Origin: Desulfobacterales bacterium
GTDB lineage: Bacteria > Desulfobacterota > Desulfobacteria > Desulfobacterales > JAHDSC01
DNA: 64,000 nt
Direction: 5' to 3'
Assembly: GCA_040769985.1 (NCBI GenBank)
Contig: JAXGJZ010000008.1
Coordinates: 21,394 to 85,393, forward strand
Numbering within the stretch: position 1 is the stretch's first letter; every line of letters starts with the position of its first letter. Of the stretch, positions 58,859-64,000 are shown piece by piece. The notes under the pieces are model-generated. The model made no database searches. It was given only the letters and a program-made list of their open reading frames with translations, and had not been told where the DNA came from. Position numbers and translations under genes: made by a program.

Positions 58859-59260
58859 CTAAGATGCCAGCCGTACGGCCCGTGGGAAGGATTCACCACG
58901 CTCCTGGACATGAACCGTAGGAGACTTCGATTGAAAGAATTGGACAATATAGTCCCTGGCCCTTTCCACATCAAATGGTTTGCAGGAAAAAAGATCCACA
59001 AAAACGAAGTCTTTCCTAGGATAAGTATGAAGAGAAATATGACTTTCAGCAATGACGGTTACCCCGGTAATACCCTCGTCTTCAGGAATCAGCCCGGAGT
59101 ATCGAAATACATAAGGTTGGGTTATTTTTGTCATGCCGATCATTTCCGGCAATTCGTTCAACAGCTTGAAACAGGCGTCCAGATCGTTTAAGATTTCGCT
59201 GTTGCACTCATTCAAATCCAACATTAAGTGGGGGCCGTATCCATAAATGTTCTCCTTCAT
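58859..59260 (-). CDS. speD: Pyruvoyl-dependent decarboxylase proenzyme, AdoMetDC (SpeD/SpeH) family
   Basis: GPHL, IAESHISLHTYP (E/S cleavage site) and DLFSCK; substrate uncertain. Confidence 0.85.
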   Translation of the reverse strand: MKENIYGYGPHLMLDLNECNSEILNDLDACFKLLNELPEMIGMTKITQPYVFRYSGLIPEDEGITGVTVIAESHISLHTYPRKDFVFVDLFSCKPFDVERARDYIVQFFQSKSPTVHVQERGESFPRAVRLAS

Positions 59261-60199
59261 TTCGCATAAATCCTCCCGTTAAAAATGTTCAATTCCAAGG
59301 CCGGGTACAGCCAAAAAAATCTTGCTACCCTCCCAAGTGCGCCGCCCCGCAACAAAAAATTGCGCGGGTTAAAATCGGGTACAGCTCAACTTCGGATAAT
59401 TACGCCTCCTGCCGTCTGTTTAAAAAACATCCGCCCTTTTCTGAGGATGGAAGGAGGCCATATGAAAACTGCGGCTTTTTAGGCCCAATTCCCTGGAAAG
59501 TCAATATTTTTTTTAAGCTTTGACCAAGAATTTCTCTTTGATCTCTCAAAAGTGGTTCGGTCTTTGAAAAAGCGTTTCGGTTCTTTCATCCTCTCCTCAC
59601 CGGTCGGTTCAGCTTTATTTTGACGTCAGCAATCCGAAATTCGACGTTTTTCCATCTCTGCGTTTTTTACATCCGTAATACGAGCAAAAATGGCTCATTT
59701 AGAAACCGGAGACACACACGATGTCCATCTTATAATCGTGGATTCTATCTGACTTGCTCATTAACGAAGTTCGGCGTACCGGAACACAGGATCTTACCTT
59801 CGAAAAATTTATTTATTTAAATTTAACCCTTTCTGATTTATAAGATTGGAACTTATTTCAGTCCCTCAGAAAGGGAAAATTCCGCATTGAATTCCTTTTC
59901 CAGTTTATGCGAGTCCGAAACCGAGCTTCAGGGAAACCACGCTTTAACCGCAGGGATAATAAAGTAAAAGCTCATTTCAGTTGCGGCAATTTATGTGGGT
60001 AGAGTTGTTTGCCGGCCGCATCTTTGAAAATGCCCAAAATCGGTTGAACAGAATGCGTTATAATATATGAAAACGAACCACATTACAAAGCTTTTCGAAA
60101 AACGTTCCGGCAGGCAAAGAATCTCGCCCCCGGTCACCAAAGAAAAGCCCCCATCCAATTGACTTGTTCTCGTATATTTAAAATAAGGAGTCAAAAAAT

Positions 60200-61411
60200 A
60201 TGAAAGAAATTATCTTAATCAATATATCAGGAAAGGACAAACCTGGTTTGACCTCATCAATAACCGGAATTCTCGCCCGATACCGGGTGGATATTTTAGA
60301 CATCGGCCAGGCGGTCATACACGACACCCTGTCTCTGGGCATTCTGGTAGGAATCCCGAAAGCCTCCGAAACATCGCCGGTTCTTAAGGACGTGTTGTTT
60401 CGCGCCCATGAATTAGGGGTACAGACGCAATTTAGTCCCATTCTGGTAAAACGGTATGAGGAGTGGGTCAAGGAACAGGGCAAACCGCGTTATATTATTA
60501 CGATGCTGGCCCGCAAAATAACCGCTGAACACATCTCCAGGGTCACTGAAATCGTCGCTCAAAACAATATAAATATTGATCAGATCAGTCGACTTTCCGG
60601 TCGAATCCCGCTTGGCGTCGAGGAGATAAAAAACAAAGCCTGTGTCGAAATTTCTTTAAGGGGACAACCGGACGATCCGAACCGAATGCGCGAAAAATTG
60701 TTCAGACTCACCGAAGTTATGGGGGTCGATATCGCTTTTCAGGAAGACAACATCTTTCGCCGAAATTGCCGGCTGGTTGTTTTGGATATGGACTCCACAC
60801 TTATCGAATCCGAAGTCATCAATGAACTGGCAAAAGCTGCGGGAGTCGGTGAACAGGTGGCTTCGGTCACCGAGCAGGCGATGCGAGGCGAAATGGACTT
60901 TTCCACAAGTCTCAAACGCCGCGTGTCGCTTCTAAAAGGCTTGGATGAATCGGTATTGCTGGAAATCGCAGGACAGTTGAAGCTCACCGAAGGCGCAGAA
61001 AAACTGATTTCCAATTTAAAAACATTAGGGTTTAAGACGGCAATTTTATCCGGCGGGTTTGTGTACTTCGGCCGCTTTCTCCAGAAAAAACTGGGAATTG
61101 ACTATCTCTATGCCAATGAATTGGAAATTACCGACGGCAAATTGACCGGCCGGGTACTTGGAACAATTTTGGACGGAAATCGCAAGGCGGACCTGCTTCG
61201 GGAAATTGCCCGCACAGAGAATCTGCGAATGGAACAAGTGATCGCAATCGGTGACGGCGCGAACGATCTGCCGATGTTAAGCGCGGCCGGCCTGGGTATT
61301 GCGTTTCGTGCCAAGCCCATTGTGAAAGAATCCGCAAAACAGGCGATTTCCAATTTGGGACTGGATGCGGTCTTGTATCTCATCGGCTTCAGAGACCGGG
61401 AGACGGTATAG
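60200..61411 (+). CDS. serB: Phosphoserine phosphatase with two ACT domains
   Basis: GKDKPG, DMDSTLI, LSGGF and GDGANDL motifs. Confidence 0.96.
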   Translation: MKEIILINISGKDKPGLTSSITGILARYRVDILDIGQAVIHDTLSLGILVGIPKASETSPVLKDVLFRAHELGVQTQFSPILVKRYEEWVKEQGKPRYIITMLARKITAEHISRVTEIVAQNNINIDQISRLSGRIPLGVEEIKNKACVEISLRGQPDDPNRMREKLFRLTEVMGVDIAFQEDNIFRRNCRLVVLDMDSTLIESEVINELAKAAGVGEQVASVTEQAMRGEMDFSTSLKRRVSLLKGLDESVLLEIAGQLKLTEGAEKLISNLKTLGFKTAILSGGFVYFGRFLQKKLGIDYLYANELEITDGKLTGRVLGTILDGNRKADLLREIARTENLRMEQVIAIGDGANDLPMLSAAGLGIAFRAKPIVKESAKQAISNLGLDAVLYLIGFRDRETV

Positions 61412-61822
61412 GCCATAGCACAGGCCTCCTTCTCTCATCCGTTTTCATCAGGTCTTCGTATTGTGCTTGAAAAACGGCTGATGCCGAACATTTCGGGTGA
61501 CACACCCAAAAAGGCAAAGTGAAAATCATTTCCGAAGATGAAAAAAAGAACATGATCGGACAGTCGTATAAATTTCCGGGTGAAACTTTTTTTAACGATA
61601 TCCCTGCAAAGTCATTCTCCGAATTCCGCATAAAAATCTCAAATCAATCCGTTACACATAGAAAATAAGCGACAACTGCAAGACTGTCTTTATCGCAGAA
61701 ACCCATCGCCTGAAGCTTCCGGGATCTGAATTAGGCAGGTGGGCTAAAAGCTGAAATTGGCACTGTTGCTGCCGATTGGGAGGCTACAAGGACATGGATT
61801 TTCCCGGAAAAAGTGGACACGG

Positions 61823-62728
61823 TCAAGCGCAAAGGTTTATTTTTTGTTTTTCATATTCAGCCGGTGAAAGATACCCCAGTGTGGAGTGTTTTCTCTGCCG
61901 GTTGTAGAACACCTCGATATATTCAAAGATCGAATGCAAGGTATCTTGATGACCTTCATAGCGTTCGTGATAAACCAGTTCTGTTTTCATAATACCAAAA
62001 AACGATTCGGCAACGGCATTGTCCCAGCAGTTTCCCTTGCGGGACATGCTTTGAATAAATCCGCAGTTATCGAGTTCCTTGCGAAAATCGCCGCATGCAT
62101 ACTGAATCCCTCGATCCGAGTGAAAAACAACCCCCTTGCCCGGACGACGGCTCCTTACCGCCCGTTTCAGTGCCGTAACCACCATTTCATGGCTCAACGA
62201 ACTGCTCAGCGCCCAGCCGACCACCAGACGGGAGAACAGATCGATAATCACGGTCAAGTACAACCACCCTGTACGGGTTGCCAAGTACGTAATATCCGAC
62301 ACCCACGTTTGGTCGGGAGCGTTTGTGGTAAAATTTCGTTCCAAAAGATTCGGCGCTGCTGGAAAATGATGTTTGCTGTCAGTGGTCACCCGGTATTTCC
62401 GGCGGATCTTGGAACGAAGCCCGATGGCACGCATCCTCCGGGCCACCCGGCTCTTGCTCACCCGGCAGCCTCGATCCTCAAGCTCTCGAGTGATCTTGGG
62501 ACTTCCGTAGCGCCCCTTGCTGCCGTCATAGATTTGCCGGATCTGCGCATCCAACCGCTCATTATCCATATCGCGCCGGCTCGGCTTGCGCTTCAACCAC
62601 CGATAATATCCGCTGCGAGACACCTCAAGAACTCGGCACATCTCCAACACACTGAAAACCGTGCGGTGCTCGCTTATGAACCCGAATACCGATGCGGGTC
62701 CGTCGAGAAGATGGCCACTGCTTTTTTT
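61823..62728 (-). CDS. IS3 OrfB DDE transposase region (expressed as OrfAB by -1 frameshift)
   Basis: WVSDITY, HSDRG, DNAVAESFF and YNRQRKHS motifs; the -1 frame is open back to the A7 run at 62722-62728. Confidence 0.92.
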   Translation of the reverse strand, partial: KKSSGHLLDGPASVFGFISEHRTVFSVLEMCRVLEVSRSGYYRWLKRKPSRRDMDNERLDAQIRQIYDGSKGRYGSPKITRELEDRGCRVSKSRVARRMRAIGLRSKIRRKYRVTTDSKHHFPAAPNLLERNFTTNAPDQTWVSDITYLATRTGWLYLTVIIDLFSRLVVGWALSSSLSHEMVVTALKRAVRSRRPGKGVVFHSDRGIQYACGDFRKELDNCGFIQSMSRKGNCWDNAVAESFFGIMKTELVYHERYEGHQDTLHSIFEYIEVFYNRQRKHSTLGYLSPAEYEKQKINLCA

Positions 62729-62982
62729 AAGATATCACGCTCCCGGCGAAGGCGCTCACATTCTTTTTTTAACTGCCTCAGTTCATCATCCTCGGGCTTT
62801 AAATGCCCCTTGCCGGGGAAAGCATGCTTTCCGTCATCCTTAAGCTGTCGCTTCCAGCGGGATAAAACCCCTTGGCCGATTCCAAGTCGCTTCTCCACAT
62901 CCCTTGCGGTCACTCCTGGCTCCGATGCCATCCGCACCGCTTCCAACTTGAATTCTAAATCGTACCTCCTTGGCATAGACAC
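62674..62982 (-). CDS. IS3 OrfA (HTH)
   Basis: YDLEFKLEAV...LRRERDILKKA motif. Confidence 0.92.
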   Translation of the reverse strand: MSMPRRYDLEFKLEAVRMASEPGVTARDVEKRLGIGQGVLSRWKRQLKDDGKHAFPGKGHLKPEDDELRQLKKECERLRRERDILKKAVAIFSTDPHRYSGS

Positions 62983-63420
62983 ACCTCCTGCTTCTCTTTA
63001 CAATTTTGCTCTTCGGTGTGTCCACTATTTTGAGAAACCCCAACATTGCTCGCTTTGGTCACAGCTTAAGCAATGGGTTTTGCCGCCTTCGGGCGATTAA
63101 TGAACCCTGTAGTGACTCGGTTTGGTTAACGCCGTTTCAGATGAGGAGAAAAAAGTCGAAAGGATAAAAAAAAACATAATAGCCGTTATCCGAGGCAAAA
63201 CCTCATCTTTCAAAGCGACCGTTTTTTCGTCTGTCTAAATATTATTTAACCGCCTGATTCGAGCCGAAAGGATTTCCTTAAAACGCATTTTCCAGCGATT
63301 ATTTGACGAAAATTTAGCAATTCTCTCACAAAACAAAAACAATCCTTATTTAAATTGACGCCAAAAAGAAAACAAAAAATTAAATCGTATGGATGGAAAA
63401 TCTTAAGAGGAAGGAAAGGC

Positions 63421-64000
63421 ATGATTGAAATCAAGGAAAAATCGAATGCTCGTGATTTATCCGACAACTCAGGCAGAGTCATACCTTCGATAAAAAAGCC
63501 CATAAAACGCGGCGGCAAACAAAATCGTTCATCTAAAAACGCCATCGAGTCGTTTTGTTTTGCTGAAGAGCGCTCTGCGAACTTCTTTACCTCCCTATCC
63601 AAAACATGCATATCTGCAAGGAATGTTACTTTGGGTTACGGAAAAAAGATCGTTCTCGACGATATAAACTTGGATGTTACCAAGGGTGAGTTTATCAGCA
63701 TCATCGGACCTTCCGGCGTTGGAAAATCAACGCTTCTCATGGCCATCAATGGAAATGTAAAGATATTCGGCGGCGATCTGATGGTTCTTGGTTATAACAT
63801 GCAGACGATCAAAAACGGAGCTCTCAAACGTATCAGATCAAGGATCGGGGCAATTTATCAAGGGTATCATCTAGTCAATCGCCTGAACGTTATGGACAAC
63901 ATTGCCTGCGGCATGCTGCGAAGGATGAGTCCATTTTTGACGGCGATTAAGTATTACACCCATGATCAGTACGAACAAATTTACGAATATATGCAGTCCG
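63421..64000 (+). CDS. phnC: PhnC-like phosphonate/phosphite ABC ATP-binding protein (partial)
   Basis: Manual translation: ...KGEFISIIGPSGVGKSTLL...RSRIGAIYQGYHLVNRLNVMDNIACGML; purine-rich SD; runs off the window. Confidence 0.75.
   Translation, partial: MIEIKEKSNARDLSDNSGRVIPSIKKPIKRGGKQNRSSKNAIESFCFAEERSANFFTSLSKTCISARNVTLGYGKKIVLDDINLDVTKGEFISIIGPSGVGKSTLLMAINGNVKIFGGDLMVLGYNMQTIKNGALKRIRSRIGAIYQGYHLVNRLNVMDNIACGMLRRMSPFLTAIKYYTHDQYEQIYEYMQS

Larger units (their letters stand above)
61795..63042 (-). mobile_element. Intact IS3-family insertion sequence (1248 bp)
   Basis: Imperfect TIRs TGGATTTTCCCGGAAAAAGTGGACAC / GTGTCCACTATTTTGAGAAACCCCA; TG...CA ends; 3-bp ACA duplication; orfA/orfB present. 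Confidence 0.93.

Noticed and set aside
46588..59260. Functional link between the TiaS-like gene (agmatine user in archaea) and the speD-like/agmatinase operon
   Set aside because: They are over 10 kb apart in unrelated units and the TiaS-like protein lacks tRNA-binding domains; proximity alone is not evidence.
61758..61785. GGCACTG...TGGGAGG resembling a cobalamin-riboswitch element, and TGGCAC-N5-CTGC resembling a sigma54 promoter
   Set aside because: Other B12-box elements are absent, and the -12 box deviates (CTGC instead of TTGC).
61886..63100. 404-aa plus-strand ORF
   Set aside because: Antisense shadow of the IS3 transposase, with no recognisable motifs.
1..64000. Selenocysteine read-through, tRNA/rRNA genes and CRISPR arrays
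   Set aside because: Redox-motif proteins have ordinary Cys and full-length ORFs; no cloverleaf, rRNA-like or regularly spaced repeat pattern was seen by eye.

Overview
Chromosomal window from an anaerobic deltaproteobacterium (Desulfobacterales-like gene content; the taxon is inferred). From left to right it holds: an arsenic-resistance-like cluster (Cys-rich MarR with two palindromic operators, ArsP-type permease, an unannotated 58-aa CCC mini-protein, tandem USP, partial acr3); pilT/pilU, divIVA, yggT and proC; an NrdR-regulated class III ribonucleotide reductase; a RimK-type ATP-grasp ligase beside two 54-aa zinc-ribbon mini-proteins; a multi-PAS kinase; LonC and Hsp20; an alr-ald-lipAB-gcvPHT-lpd amino-acid catabolism cluster; an ~11-kb tungstate/molybdate locus; speD-like plus speB; serB; an intact IS3-family element; and the start of a phnC-like ABC ATPase. 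The best candidate for an undescribed system is the oxyanion locus (40.4-51.2 kb). It combines two tungstate-type ABC importers (Wtp and Tup), an HTH/PBP oxyanion sensor, two molybdenum-storage-protein (MoSto) homologues each next to a paralogous ~70-aa unknown protein, a PadR regulator, a truncated TiaS-like enzyme and a thrice-repeated ATATAT-N9/10-RTATATG motif. I read this as a putative tungsten uptake and storage module. No tRNA, rRNA or CRISPR array was seen. Family calls come from motifs recognised by eye; no searches were run.
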